64,000 bases of DNA from Haliotis cracherodii (Eukaryota), in NCBI RefSeq assembly GCF_022045235.1, contig NW_027266267.1:37882001-37946000 (forward strand), read 5' to 3'. A program made the translations under genes and the position numbers. Shown here piece after piece: positions 13,372-27,921 of the stretch; the stretch's first letter is position 1; the number at the start of each line of letters is the position of its first letter. The notes beneath the pieces were generated by a model. That model was not told the origin of the DNA. It was given only the letters and a program-made list of their open reading frames with translations, and searched no databases.

Positions 13372-15244
13372 AATATACTGAAATGCTGACATTGGTTTTA
13401 GATGATTTCTAACACTTTGGTCATCAATAAAACGCAATTTAATTATGGCTAACCTGTCCATAAAAGTGATTGTTGGAAAAAGTAACTTAGATAGTGTATA
13501 TAAGAGTCAGACGTGATGAACATGAAAATATGTGTTATGTAAATATACTTACCGTATCTTACCTATAATAGTTACTGAGTAAGGTTTAACGCCGAGTTTA
13601 ACAGTATTCCAGTTATTTCATGGCGTGTCGACTTAATGTGGTAGGAAAGCCCGAATTGATGTAGGAACTTTTACCACTTTTGGTGATGCCAAACCTAGAA
13701 ACAAAATTGGAGCGAACTCAGGAGTGCCCAAGTGCGCAATTTTACACAGCGCATAGAAGCGCCTTAGACGGCTGGGCCACCCGTGGCCCCACCTGTCATA
13801 GTGGGATGTTTTCGGTTGATCTATATTCCTAGCATCTGTATATACCCTGTAATTATTTTATTTTCCTTTATCTTTCTTGAGTGGTCAGGCTAGGCAACGT
13901 TCATTTATTGCTTGTCATTGTAACGATGTGGATCATTGCTCACAAATATCAATCTGATTCAGACTCTGTATTTAAAGGCTGTCGTCATACAGATGGAATA
14001 TTGTGAGTGCTGCATTTAACAACAAACACATTTATGTATAATTTGCATATAAATATCTCCATAAATATTAAATCTTATCCTTCACGTTTATTTTCTTTCT
14101 AAATATTATTAACACATGCATTTTCGGTATGCTGAAAGTATGTGACTTTTGAATGGTCATTTTGACCAAATACTGGTTCAAGTGATATATGAAGCAGATC
14201 TTTTTTAGAAAGTTACTCGTTGTGCAGTGTGTTGGGGCCATGGGGTGGCCAAGTGGTCAAAGCTTTCGCTCGTCATGCCGAAGACCCGGGTTTGATTCCC
14301 TGCATGGGTACAATGTGTAAAGCCCATTTCTGGTGTTCCCCGCTGGAATTTTGGTAAAAGCACTCAATGTGCGTCACTTGTTGACATTATCAATTTTCCT
14401 GTTAAGGAAACCCACACTTTTTAGCGCTCGTGGAAAACAGTTACATCACGGACATTTATGTATTCATGCCAGCCAACAGAGTAAGCCCAATATCACGGAG
14501 CTCAAACAGGAAAATAACCGACTTGTGAAACCACATGCAATGAATATGTATACATTAAAATGGTATTTATTTGAATGATAAGTTCGTATAAAGTTTTAAA
14601 AGAAGACATCTCATGTGGTGGAGTTTCTGTAACGTCTGAAACAGCCACCAGATGACAGAGCAACGTACCCCAACGTGCTTTTATCAGTTTCATGTGTTAA
14701 TGTTTGACACATATTGTAACTTGTGGGGAGCAGTTTTTTTCATCTTGTCTTTGAAGAGCTTAACCTATTTTATCTTTAGCGCTATACATTGCGTTCAAGA
14801 CAACCGCGAAATACACACACCAAGTTCCGCACATCTGGATAAAAATAGTTATAAATGAAGTAAATGATGTGACCAAATGGAAAATTCGACACAAGCAGGC
14901 ATTCGATATACCCGAATTCGAGACAAAGGAGTTCAAATGTATGTTCAAATGAAACAAAATAGCATGAACTTTAATATCATATCAACCAGTAAAAAAAACA
15001 GCCATGATATGGTTGATTAAAAAACAATTATGCATACAATATTTCTTTAGTTGTTCAGTATTTAATGAATGAAAAAAAGGAACAACATACCCATGCTTGA
15101 ATTCAGAGTCGACGAACGGGATGGGTTTGTTCAGGATAATGGATTTGACTGATGCATGTCATCCTATCCCTTTTGCGAAGGTCGAGGATGATGGTGACAA
15201 TCACTGAATTGCCTTGTTCTGGGTCGATTGTTTACAGACTTCCG

Positions 15245-15287
<43 letters not shown>

Positions 15288-15399
15288 GATGATGATGATG
15301 TTGATTATCATTATTATTAGTATCCACACATAATCGAGTATGCATGGGATACGATGACATGCATCAAGCAAGTCAGCGAGCCTGACCACCGGATCCATA

Positions 15400-16070
15400 C
15401 CATACCTGCAGAACAACACCTGTCATCCACCGGACACACAACAGTCTCAACATATCTACAGTACAACACATGCCATCCACCTGACACACAGCAGTCTTAC
15501 CATACCTGCGGTACAATACCTGTAATCAGCTAGACACACATTAGTCTCACCATACCTGCAGTACAACATCTACCATCATCCAGACACACAGTAGCCTCAC
15601 CATACCTGCAGTACAACACCTGCCATCCACAAGACACACAACAGTTTCATCATACCTGCAGTACAACATCTACCATCATCCAGACAAACAGTAGCCTCAC
15701 CATACCTGCAGTACAACACCTGCCATCCACCAGACACACAGCAGTTTCACCATACCTGCAGTACAACATTTGCCATCATCCAGACACACAGCAGTTTCAC
15801 CATACCTGCAGTACAACATTTGCCATCCACCGAACAGGCAGAAGTCTCACCATACCTGCAGTACATCTACCACCAATGAGACACAACACAACACCACAAC
15901 AGTATTACCGTACATGTACCTGCAGTACAACATCCACAATCAACCAGATACACAGCAGCCTCACCATACCTGCAGTACAACATCTACTACCAATGAGACA
16001 CACATCAGTATCACCGTACCTGCAGTAAAACATCCACATTCATCCAGACCTCACTGTACCTGAAGTACAT
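15400..16070 (+). repeat. 50-bp minisatellite array 2 (~13 units)
   Basis: Same unit, same position within the tandem unit. Confidence 0.95.
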
Positions 16071-16446
16071 CATATACACAAAGGTCACTCAAGGTCATAG
16101 ATGAAATTATTTTAGTATCTCCAGAACCATTGAAGGTTATTTTTGTTTCGTGGATTCAGAATGTGTCTTAGTACATGAATAGCCTACCAGAGCTGTCATG
16201 TCTTTGTATGTATGCGTATACTCCATGTGATGGTGATTATCTAATTGTCCACGTCATTTGATATTACTGTTTTGAACTGCGTGTCTTAAAGTTAGTGACT
16301 GAAGAATCTGACATTGACACACTCACTGATGCGAGAAATAACTCGTGGCGCATGCATTGGAAGTGTTCCAAGGCATATAATTGCAAGTGAATGACTATTT
16401 GGCAGCGTGGCTGTTTGTACTAGTCTGGACTGATTCCGATTTATAG

Positions 16447-16607
16447 TAAGTGAGTATATTTTTAGGCCTCTTTTAGCAATAGTCGAACTTTATCACGGCG
16501 GGGAACACCAGAAATTGGGTTCACACATTGTACCCATGTCGGGATTCGAACCTGGGTCTCCGGCGTGACGAGCGAACGCTTCAACCAATGGGCTACCCGA
16601 CCGCCCC
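16447..16607 (-). mobile_element. SINE family 1 nested in a family-2 SINE (duplicate at 28298-28458)
   Basis: Reverse complement of family 1, flanked by ccgattta direct repeats. Confidence 0.8.
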
Positions 16608-16849
16608 TCCGATTTACAATGCTAGCCCACTGAGATACCATGCTGCAGTTTAACATGAATACCTCACTCAGCCACAGTATATTAATTCCGAGCCGACCAG
16701 TCCTTGTATAGCCCCTTAATGCCGACCGCCAGACAGGGTAACAACAAGTACCATCTTTTAACTTCTTTTGGTATGACGCGGCCGGGGATTGAACCCCGGA
16801 CCTTCAGTTCTTCGGACGGACGCTCTACCACTAGACCACGGAGGCGGTC
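16608..16849 (-). mobile_element. SINE family 2 (duplicate at 28459-28700)
   Basis: Reverse complement of the 37741 element. Confidence 0.75.
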
Positions 16850-19800
16850 TACAATTTTATAACCTATGGATATGTTCGTGCCAATATATTCCGACATCAC
16901 ACGTTGCACAGAAGGGGTCAGTATTTCGTATCTGTATCCCCTTCTTCACACATTGAGCTCACTTGCCAGTATATAACTAATAAACTAAGAAACAGTTTCA
17001 AATCGACTCTAACCCACACTGACCCACGCACTTCCTTTGAATATTTCATCACGATTTCAACAAGACTTTCGAGATGTTTATTCATCAGCAGTTATTCTGA
17101 AAAGAAACAATCAATTTAATGTAATTGCTTCCCGAATAAATAAATGAATCTTTTTTTAATCGATACACATTTTTGATATACCAATGTCATTTGGGTGATA
17201 AAAGCTGTTTCCTCATAGAGTGGCGACGTACTTGCGGCCCACTGCTGCGGGGTTGTGTCCTTTAGAATTGCAAGGATCCGCTTAACTTGGGTTCACCTAC
17301 CCTTGTGTGTTCAGTACCATAACCACCGGTGTGATGTACTATGACATTGCTGAAGGTGCTGCTTGACGGATCAGTTACAAAAAAAAGATGTTTGATACAA
17401 TTCCCTATTTTCACTTCTACCACACGTCCCCGTTTTATTGTTTTTTTTCAGGTGTACAAATGACTTGCCTTTGAATTCGGTACCACAGAATAGGAAGGAT
17501 ACGCTGAACTGTTTGCGAACACACGCTTCATGGTATAGTCAGAATCGTACAGCCGACCCTGTTTTGACTATGTATTTCTTGCGAAGATGGAAAGGATATG
17601 TCGTTTCTTTTGTTTTTAAGAGGACACTGGTCTGACGATATTCAGAGTATTGATTTTGGGTAAACTATGATGTGTCAAAAGTTTCCATCAGGAAATGAAG
17701 ACGTAAATGTTTTAGCTATTGTGACTCCGTCACATGTAGCGACGAAAAATAGTATTGAATAAAAAAGTTCAAAATGTAAATCCATGTTGCACTTGATACA
17801 TTGATAGTTGATAGTGTGTAGATCTGCAATCATTTGTATCAACACACAAAGAAGGGGATACGTATTGTGACGGACAAGGACTGGGCCGGACTGATGCCAG
17901 TTTTGTAGCAGCGAAACTCTGACTCCAACATGACTACTCCCCTCCCCCCCCCCCCCCCCCCCCCCCCAACACACACGCACACACACACACTCAGCCACCT
18001 ACAAACACAATATACTGACTGAACAGTCCTTGTTTTATACCAGTAAAGCCGAGCTCCGGATAGGGAAACACGAAGTACTCTCTTTTAACGTCTTTTGGAT
18101 TGACGCTCTCATTTCCGGTCAAACCACGTACAGTAAATCACAATGGCGGTCTCGTTTTATAACCACGGAAACAGAAAGAACTATTCGTGAGCAATTTAAC
18201 CCCCATTGCAGTTTCTTCGAAGGCCTTGAGAGGAATGCTGACAGTTGCTGATGCCCCTCTATAATATTCCAGCATGGCCATCCAATCCTGGTTTCCCAAC
18301 AACCGAAGCCTGATGGGGCAACATAGCGGGTTGGGTGATGAGGCTCGGTGACGTGGTTCATTACGTGCCATCATGTCCCAAAGTCGTGGGGCGTTCCTCA
18401 ACATCTCAGTCACTGGTTTGTCTGATCCTGACTCAACTTTTTGAAAATATTGATAAGTGCAGAGCTAAACAACAAAGCGAAATCCAACTTTAATGTTAGT
18501 TAGTTGGTATTTTAATGTACAGGGGCTGGGCCTTCGTTGGAAATGGGTTGGCTCTTCATGTTGAACGCCTGTGTTCGTTCTACCACATGGGTAAAGTGTG
18601 TGAAACCCCTTCTGGTTTCCCCCGTCGTAATAATGCTGGCATGTTGGTAAAGGTGTGGTTTGTTGTATACAATGGAACAAATATATGTCAGATATACTTC
18701 ATTGGTATTGTGCATTATAAAAAACGGGGCGGTTGGGTAACCTGATGGTTTAAATCGTTTTCTCGTCACGCCAAAGGCCTGGGTTCGACTGACCACATGG
18801 GTACAATGTGTGAAGCCCAGATCTGGTGTCCCCGCCGTGATATTGCAGAAATGCTCCTAAATTCGACGTAGCACTCACTCGCTCGCTCGCTCGTTACCCC
18901 CACGCAGATTTCTCACTCACTCACTCACTCACTCACTCAGTTACTCACTCACTCACTCACTCACTCACTCACTCACTCACTCACGGGTATGGTGCTGACA
19001 AACCTAGAAACATAATCGGCGGTTGCAGTGAGTGAGTGAGTTAAAATATAATGTCGCAACGTTTATATATTCACAAGTTAGTCATTTAAACAACAAATTT
19101 CATCAAACATATTTGGGCATAACAATACGGGCAATAACCAACTGGTGTTTGTTTGTAACATATGGGTTTTATTATGTGAGGAATAGATACGTTGTAAAGA
19201 TACAAGTCCAGCACATGTGTTGAGCGCCATCGTCTTCATAGAGACACACCATTCGTTATCACTCCCCCCCTTTCCGTAACCTGCAACAAGACTCGTCCCC
19301 TATCGAAGAATGTTATGTTAGAAAATACGACAAATCAGTCAGATTGCGCGTATGACTTCAAGTACTTCGGTCAAAGAATCCCTCAAGAATAATTTTTCAT
19401 TTTAAAAGTATATACCAAAGATACGGTTATATGTGTTCAATCATTCTGTAGAATACTGTACGTCCCGATGTGTTTTCAATAGCATCTGGATATAAAGGGA
19501 AATATACATGAATCATTAGTTGACAATTCTTTTAGCTATACCCGTTTGCGCTTCGGCTCTACCCAGTCGCAAAATGACCACGAGAGGTTCACGAGTCGCT
19601 ATTTGCTTGTCCCGGAATAACGCGAGTCGGTCACGAATGAGAGACACACTAAGGGCCACGTGATCATAACAGCTTACCCTAGATGAAGGCCAGATCGTCT
19701 TTATTTCCTTGTTTCGACCTCGAAACAAGGACATAAAATGATCACAAATTACGCTCCTTCTCAATAGACCAAGTGAAAGCTGATCCACCACACACAGGGA

Positions 19801-21170
19801 AAGGACGTTTTGAGTGATGGTTCATTAGTTGTATCATCCTTTCAATGCAACTCAAGTTATTGAGTTCGCCCACCTTCCTGCGAAAACGTGGTATTATCAC
19901 TAATTGACAGTGATTCGGTGCCGCACAATGGAATATCTCTAAATTACCATCTCATTGAATTAATGCAATTTGTAGTTTACACATGGGGTAAGTTTGTGAA
20001 TTTTAACATGATTTTGTTTCCTGGTAATACACTGAAAACGTCTCTTGTTAAATATGTTAAGAATATCATTCTTGTATTTATTCTCTCGTCATTTTGTAGG
20101 GTGAATGTCGTGAACATCAATTGCAAAGTTCTAAGCCATTTTACTATTTTGACTATTTTATGAGCATGTGTCTATCACTATCCATCTTTTCAGGAAACCC
20201 AAGCATCGACACTATTTGATAGTGATTCACAAACACATGCTTTCAGTATATATTTGGCATCGTACAATGTTTCACTAGATATTTCTTGAAAGTAAAAGTG
20301 GGTTTTATTGCTTTTATGCAATGCTGCTATCTTTTTTAAAATGAACATTCCAAACAGTTTTCGGAATACATGTTGTGATTCAGTGCTTTACTACTAAAAT
20401 ACCATTTCAATAAATAAATGCAATCTCTTCGATTTCCAAAATATAATGGGTTTTATTTCTTTTATTGTACTTGACGTGTCTATACATCTCTAGCAAATAG
20501 TTACGATGCAAGGTGTTTACAAAACGGTGAGCGTATCCTGCCCCAACGGTTCCACCCGTCACAAAGAAATGGAAGTCAATTGTTCACCTGAAAATAAACA
20601 CGGGGACATGTGGCACAAGTATAATTGGGAATTGCATCCGACATCAATAGGTTTTCACTGACAGCACTACTGAGGCATTGGATGATGTAAACCTGTTTAA
20701 ACACCAGTAAACATTGCTAAATCATTTATGAATGTGTTTCAGACATTAACTTGCAATAGCTTATTCACGCTGCATGATTTTCCCGAATATTTCGTACAAA
20801 AAAAACAATCAACCTCTGAAGACATTTTATGTTTTGACTCTATTACTCTAAGTGACCGAATTGAGCATAATTTAAGTTGTTTTCGGTGATTCAGACTACT
20901 GTTGTGGGAGAACCTGAATGAAGCAAGTCGAAACAATATATACGGTAACGAACCAAGAAATGTGATTCAGCAAACGTTTTATTTGTCATTGTTATGATAG
21001 TGGTGTCAATAGTTTCAGGTAAAGATCGTTTGTCTGTTGAGGTTTGTATACTGGTATGGAGACATTTATCCCGTTTCACAATACACGTGTGCTTAAGAAG
21101 GATGGAAATTATATATTTACAGGGGACACTTTAACTATCTCATACAGTTTCTGTTTGTTTTCCACAGACG

Positions 21171-24100
21171 ATGGTACCTCTCAGGCAAATTTCTGAATGG
21201 ACGCTACTTCTTCTGATGATGATTCATGAATCTGTCGGTATGTTATTTCGGTGGTATGTCCATACTCATTGTTGTGTACTGTTTCAGCTCATGTATTATG
21301 TATGTGTTATATCCATACATTAAATCATATACTGATTCATAGATCAACTGGCCAGTGGCATCGTAGCTTATCAGTATATCAATGAACTCTAATTTATTAT
21401 GTTACATAATTACAATTAGTACAACTAATAATGAACCTACACATCTTTATGAAGATCATATTTACGCCAAAAGGTTCGCCGGAACTGATCTGTCCGGATG
21501 TCGGTTATCTTGGTTCTCCTGCTCATCTAACGTGCATCCCACCGAGTAATATAACTTCACATGGCTATGTGTCATCGCAAGGTGAAGTTGCCGTCATCTG
21601 CAATGTATCAAGCTCATCATGTACAACAATGGGCAACTACATGGCATCTACCATCAACCAGACACACAGTAGCCTCACCATACCTGCAGTACAGCAAGCA
21701 CATGCTGGGCAGTGGACATGTACTATCCTACCTTGGTCTCAACTATCCTGCAACATTGCTGTTGTGAGTAAGTACCCCAAGATAAGATACATGATTGTGA
21801 AGCCAACACTCGCAACTATCACTCCCATCACTCAGTGTGGATGTAGGCTGTTCAACAATGGCGGACACTATTCCGTAACATGTTACTGGTACATGTTGAG
21901 ATAGCAAAATGAATGTTATTCACATGGGCGTATTGCAAGGGAATCTGCATTGTGCTATCAACATAATAAGTGTTAACAACAGCAATTTAGGTTGTACTTA
22001 GACACACGTGAACTAGTACAGAAAGAACAGTTATATTTTCCAAGCCATTGTGACATATACAAGTTTGACGTATCAGGAACCAGCAATATGTTTGAAGCGA
22101 TTCCCTCTTTTCACAGTGTTTGTACAGGAGAACAATTGCCGTGCCTTTGTATGTATTTGTGACGGGTGTTACCGGGGAGGACACCCTTACATTTTCGCGA
22201 ACACCTGGCATCCTTGCTATGTGATACTGCTTCGTATACACAAGCTTATGATATAGTCGGAACCGTGCAATAGACAAGCTTTAAGGTTTCTTATGATCAT
22301 GGAAAGGAATTTGCCAACTTGCCTCAACATCATATTGTCATGCCATAAATGAAGGAGTGCTATCAAGTTGGGACATAGTTGACAAGATGTCATATATACT
22401 TTATACTGAGAATTTTATTGTACTTGATATGTTTGTGCTTATGATATATATATTGAAACTATTCTTGTCAATGATGAAAGGAAAACATCTCACGTTGAAG
22501 TCCTTTCGGCTGAATGTCGTATCTAACTTGTAAAGACTACCTGTAATGCGACTTTGTGTTTCAGAACTCCCGACCTGCTTCATAACAAGCGATGTAAACA
22601 TCACGACGCTCGACGTTGGCGAGGAGCTGTCCCTGGCAGTACACATCCAGGGGTATTACTGTTCTGAGCTGGTTCAGCTGAACGTATCCACAGGAAGAAC
22701 TGATCATGAATACCCCAGTGAAACAGTCACTGATATAACAGATAAAACAGTTAACATCAAAATCAACAAGACCAACTCCAACTTCGAGGCGGAACTGGTC
22801 TTCACCTGCGGTGGCCATAGCACGACTCAACCTTGTAATGTAACCAACGGTGAGTACAAGGGGAAAGAGGCAGTACTAGTATTCATATGTTTAAAGCATA
22901 TTTCTCAACATAAACAACGCATGGAAAGAGTTCAGTCTCAAGTACAGTGACTTTAATGTTTGAAAAAACTTATGAATTAAAACTACGTGTGCACACTGTG
23001 TAAATCTGGGTTGTGGAGTATGCCAAGCGTTTCCCTTTATGTAAGTATTAACGTGAATACCGAGGTGCACATGTGACAACGCACGTTACCTGTTATTGTT
23101 AGTTTGGGTAACGCAAACGATAGCCAAATTAAATGCCAGGAACCACTTGTTTCTTCAAAGTTAACATAATAAACGAAATTTATATTTCTTTATTCATTCA
23201 ATGACATTCAATGGTAAATAAATTGACTTCTCTTCAGCAAGAAAGTATGATCAATGGCAGGTCTTAGTGAAGCATGTTCATTTGCAGATTTGTGATAATA
23301 ACTGAAACACAATTGCATGATCTATGAATACCTGCATTAAAAGAGTCAATTGTAATGGCGCTCATCGGGTCCACAGAGCACCACATCTCAACAGAAAAGG
23401 CTACTGATACATCAGCGACAAGTTGCATCTTAATGGGTATTGACATACGTTGTATATATACCATTTATTTACAGGGACGCCGTCAAGCACACCTGACCAA
23501 AATATAACACCAGGGCCGCCAAACGCCATGGTCATCATTGGAGTAGCTGTCACCGTCGTCATCACCATCATCATCATCGTCACCTATGTCTGCTTCAAAA
23601 GGAGGACCATACAGCAGAAGGTACCACCAGTGTTGGAATGCCCCGACCCGCCGTACATGGAGTTTAAGGAACCCCTTCATAACACGTACGTCAGCGTGGA
23701 GGACCTTGGTGCACAGGGGTCGGGATCCAAGAAGGACACTTCACCACCTTGTACAGAAGCGTATGCAGACACAGGGAACTATGCAGCCGTTAGCGACACC
23801 AGTGCCCTTGACACTAAAACAAGGAAAGATGACCTGCCTGCATTAATGGACGCGGGGGGATATTCATTTGTTGCTGACAGACGTGTTCCGGACAAAGGCA
23901 AACCGGTAGATGACACAGCTAAATCTTTAGACACGGACTACTATAAAACTGTTGAGGATCAAAATGCTGCAGTACCTAGTGTAATGCAAGGAGACCTACC
24001 TCTCCCACTTGACGCTGCAGGATATTTAACTGTCGCTTACAGACAAGCTGCAGAAACTAGCCCACAGAGAGAAGACACAGCTAACCCTTTAGACACGGGC

Positions 24101-25024
24101 TACTATGAAATAGTTGAGGACCAAAGTGCAGCAGCACTTAGTGTAATGCAAGGAGACCTACCTCTCCCACTTGACGCTGCAGGATATTTAACTGTCGCTT
24201 ACAGACAAGCAGCAGAAACTAGCCCACATAGAGAAGACACAGCTAACCCTTTAGACACAGGCTACTATGATATAGTTGAGGACCAAAGTGCAGCAGCACT
24301 TAGTGTAATGCAAGGAGACCTACCTGTCCCATTTGATGCTGCAGGATATTTAACTGTCGCTTACAGACAAGCTGCAGAAACTAGCCCACAGAGAGAAGAC
24401 ACAGCTAACCCTTTAGACACGGGCTACTATGAAATAGTTGAGGACCAAAGTGCAGCAGCACTTAGTGTAATGCAGGGAGACCTACCTGTCCCATTTGACG
24501 CTGCAGGATATTTAACTGTCGCTTACAGACAAGCTGAAGAAACTAGCCCACAGAGAGAAGACACAGCTAACCCTTTAGACACGGGCTACTATGAAATAGT
24601 TGAGGACCAAAGTGCAGCAGCACTTAGTGTTATGCAAGGAGACCTAACTCTCCCAACTGATGCTGCAGGATATTCAACTGTTCCTGTCAGACATGCTGCG
24701 GACAAAGGCAAACAGGGAGATGACACAGCTAAACCTTTCGACACAGGACTCTATGTTGATGTCGAAAGTGATGCAGAACCTAGTCTCCGACAAGGAGACC
24801 TACCTGCCCTAACTGCTGCTGTGGGATATTCAACAGTTGACAATTTCAAACCATGCCCCGGTGCCGCGTCATTCAGTCACACGGGGAAGCCTGAAAGTGT
24901 CCCGAATCAGATAGAAGGACAGAAAACCAACAGACCTCTCTTTGAACTTTATGCAACTGTTAACAAGAAGAGGGGCACACCTAGGTTGGCCAGTGCTGAT
25001 GCAACTACCACCCCTGTTATGTGA
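21171..25024 (+). CDS. Receptor A3: same architecture, long Tyr-repeat tail (~731 aa)
   Basis: Exons 21171-21237, 21474-21767, 22565-22849, 23475-25024; first three exon lengths (67/294/285 nt) and splice sites as in A2; open frame. Confidence 0.85.
23825..24790 (+). repeat. Coding 162-bp (54-aa) tandem repeat in the A3 tail
   Basis: Four DAAGYLTV...DTGYY(E/D)IV units plus diverged flanking units. Confidence 0.9.
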
Positions 25025-26948
25025 AATATACTGAAATGCTGACATTGGTTTTAGATGATTTCTAACACTTTGGGTCATCAATAGAACGCAATTTAATTAT
25101 GGCTAACCTGTTCATAAAAGTGATTGTTGGAAAAAGTAACTTAGATAGTGTATATAAGAGTCAGACGTGATGAACATGAAAATATGTGTTTGGTAAATAT
25201 ACGTACCGTATCTTACCTATAATAGTTACTGAGTAAGGTTTAACGCCGAGTTTAACAGTATTCCAGTTATTTCATGGCGTGTCGACTTAATGTGGTAGGA
25301 AAGCCCGAATTGATGTAGGAACTTTTACCACTTTTGGTGATGCCAAACCTAGAAACATAATTGGAGCGAACTCAGGCGTGCCCAAGTGCGCAATTTTACA
25401 CTGCGCATAGAAGCGCCTTAGACGACTGGGCCACCCGTGCCCCCACCTGTCATAGTGGGATGTTTTCGGTTGATCTATATTCCTAGCATCTGTATATACC
25501 CTGTAATTATACCTACTTGGATGTTTTATATTTGTTTATTTTCCTTTATCTTTCTTGAGTGGTCAGGCTAGGCAACGTTCATTCATTGCTTGTCATTGTA
25601 ACGATGTGGATCATTGCTCACAATATAAATCTGATTCAGACTCTGTATTTAAAGGCCGTCGTCATACAGATGGAATATTGTGAGTGCTGCATTTAACAAC
25701 AAACACATTTATGTATAATTTGCATATAAATATCTCCATAAATATTAAATCTAATCCTTCACGTTTACTTTCTTTCTAAATATTATTAACACATGCATTT
25801 TCGGTATGCTGAAAGTATGTGACTTTTGAATGATCATTTTGACCAAATACTGGTTCAAGTGATATATGAAGCAGATCTTTTTTAGAAAGTTACTCGTTGC
25901 GCAGTGTGTTGGGGCCATGGGGTGGCCAAGTGGTCAAAGCTTTCGCTCGTCATTCCGAAGATCCGGGTTTGATTCCCTGCATGTGTACAATGTGTAAAGT
26001 CCATTTCTGGTGTCCCCCGCCGTGATATTGCTGGAATTTTGGTAAAAGCGGCTAAAACCTAACACACTCGCCGTGCGTCACTTGTTGACATTATCAATTT
26101 TCCTGTTTAGGAAACCCACACTTTTTAGCGCTCGTGGAAAACAACCATATCACGGACATTTATGTATTCATGCCAGCCAACAGAGTAAGCCCAATATCAC
26201 GGAGCTCAAACAGGAAAATAACCGACTTGTGAAACCACATGCAATGAATATGTATACATTAAAATGGTATTTATTTGAATGTTAAGTTCGTATAAAGTTT
26301 TAAACGAAGACATCTCATGTGGTGGAGTTTCTGTAACGTCTGAAACAGCCACCAGATGACAGAGCAACGTACCCCAACGTGCTTTTATCAGTTTCATGTG
26401 TTAATGTTTGACACATATTGTAACTTGTGGGGAGCAGTGTTTTTCATCTTGTCTTTGAAGAGCTTAACCTATTTTATCTTTAGCGCTATACATTGCGTTC
26501 AAGACAACCACGAAATACACACACCAAGTTCCGCATATCTGGATAAAAATAGTTATAAATGAAGTAAATGATGTGACCAAATGGAAAATTCGACACAAGC
26601 AGGCATTCGATACACCCGAATTCGAGACAAAGGAGTTCAAAGGTATGTTCAAATGGAACAAAATAGCATGAACTTTAATATCGTATCAACCAGGAAAAAA
26701 CCCAGCCATGATATGGTTGATTAAAAAACAATTATGCATACAATATTTCTTTAGTTGTTCAGTATTTTATGAATGAAAAAAAGGAACAACATACCCATTC
26801 TTGAATTCAGAGTCGACGAACGGGATGGGTTTGTTCAGGATAATGGATTTGGCTGATGCATGTCATCCTATCCCTTTTGCGAAGGTCGAGGATGATGGTG
26901 ACAATCACTGAATTGCCTTGTTCTGGGTCGATTGTTTACAAACTTCCG

Positions 26949-26988
<40 letters not shown>

Positions 26989-27100
26989 GATGATGATGAT
27001 GTTGATTATCATTATTATTAGTATCCACACATAATCGAGTATGCATGGGATACGATGACATGCATCAAGCAAGTCAGCGAGCCTGACCACCGGATCCATA

Positions 27101-27921
27101 CCATACCTGCAGAACAACACCTGTCATCCACCGGACACACAACAGTCTCAACATATCTACAGTACAACACCTGCCATCCACCAGACACACAACAGTCTCA
27201 ACATATCTACAGTACAACACATGCCATCCACCTGACACACAGCAGTCTTACCATACCTGCGGTACAATACCTGTAATCAGCTAGACACACATTAGTCTCA
27301 CCATACCTGCAGTACAACATCTACCATCATCCAGACACACAGTAGCCTCACCATACCTGCCGTACAACACCTGCCATCCACAAGACACACAACAGTTTCA
27401 TCATACCTGCAGTACAACATCTACCATCATCCAGACAAACAGTAGCCTCACCATACCTGCAGTACAACACCTGCCATCCACCAGACACACAGCAGTTTCA
27501 CCATACCTGCAGTACAACATCTACCATCATCCAGACAAACAGTAGCCTCACCATACCTGCAGTACAACACCTGCCATCCACCAGACACACAGCAGTTTCA
27601 CCATACCTGCAGTACAACATTTGCCATCATCCAGACACACAGCAGTTTCACCATACCTGCAGTACAACATTTGCCATCCACCGAACAGGCAGAAGTCTCA
27701 CCATACCTGCAGTACATCTACCACCAATGAGACACAACACAACACCACAACAGTATTACCGTACATGTACCTGCAGTACAACATCCACAATCAACCAGAT
27801 ACACAGCAGCCTCACCATACCTGCAGTACAACATCTACTACCAATGAGACACACATCAGTATCACCGTACCTGCAGTAAAACATCCACATTCATCCAGAC
27901 CTCACTGTACCTGAAGTACAT
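27101..27921 (+). repeat. 50-bp minisatellite array 3 (~16 units)
   Basis: Same unit; 150 bp (3 units) longer than array 2. Confidence 0.95.
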
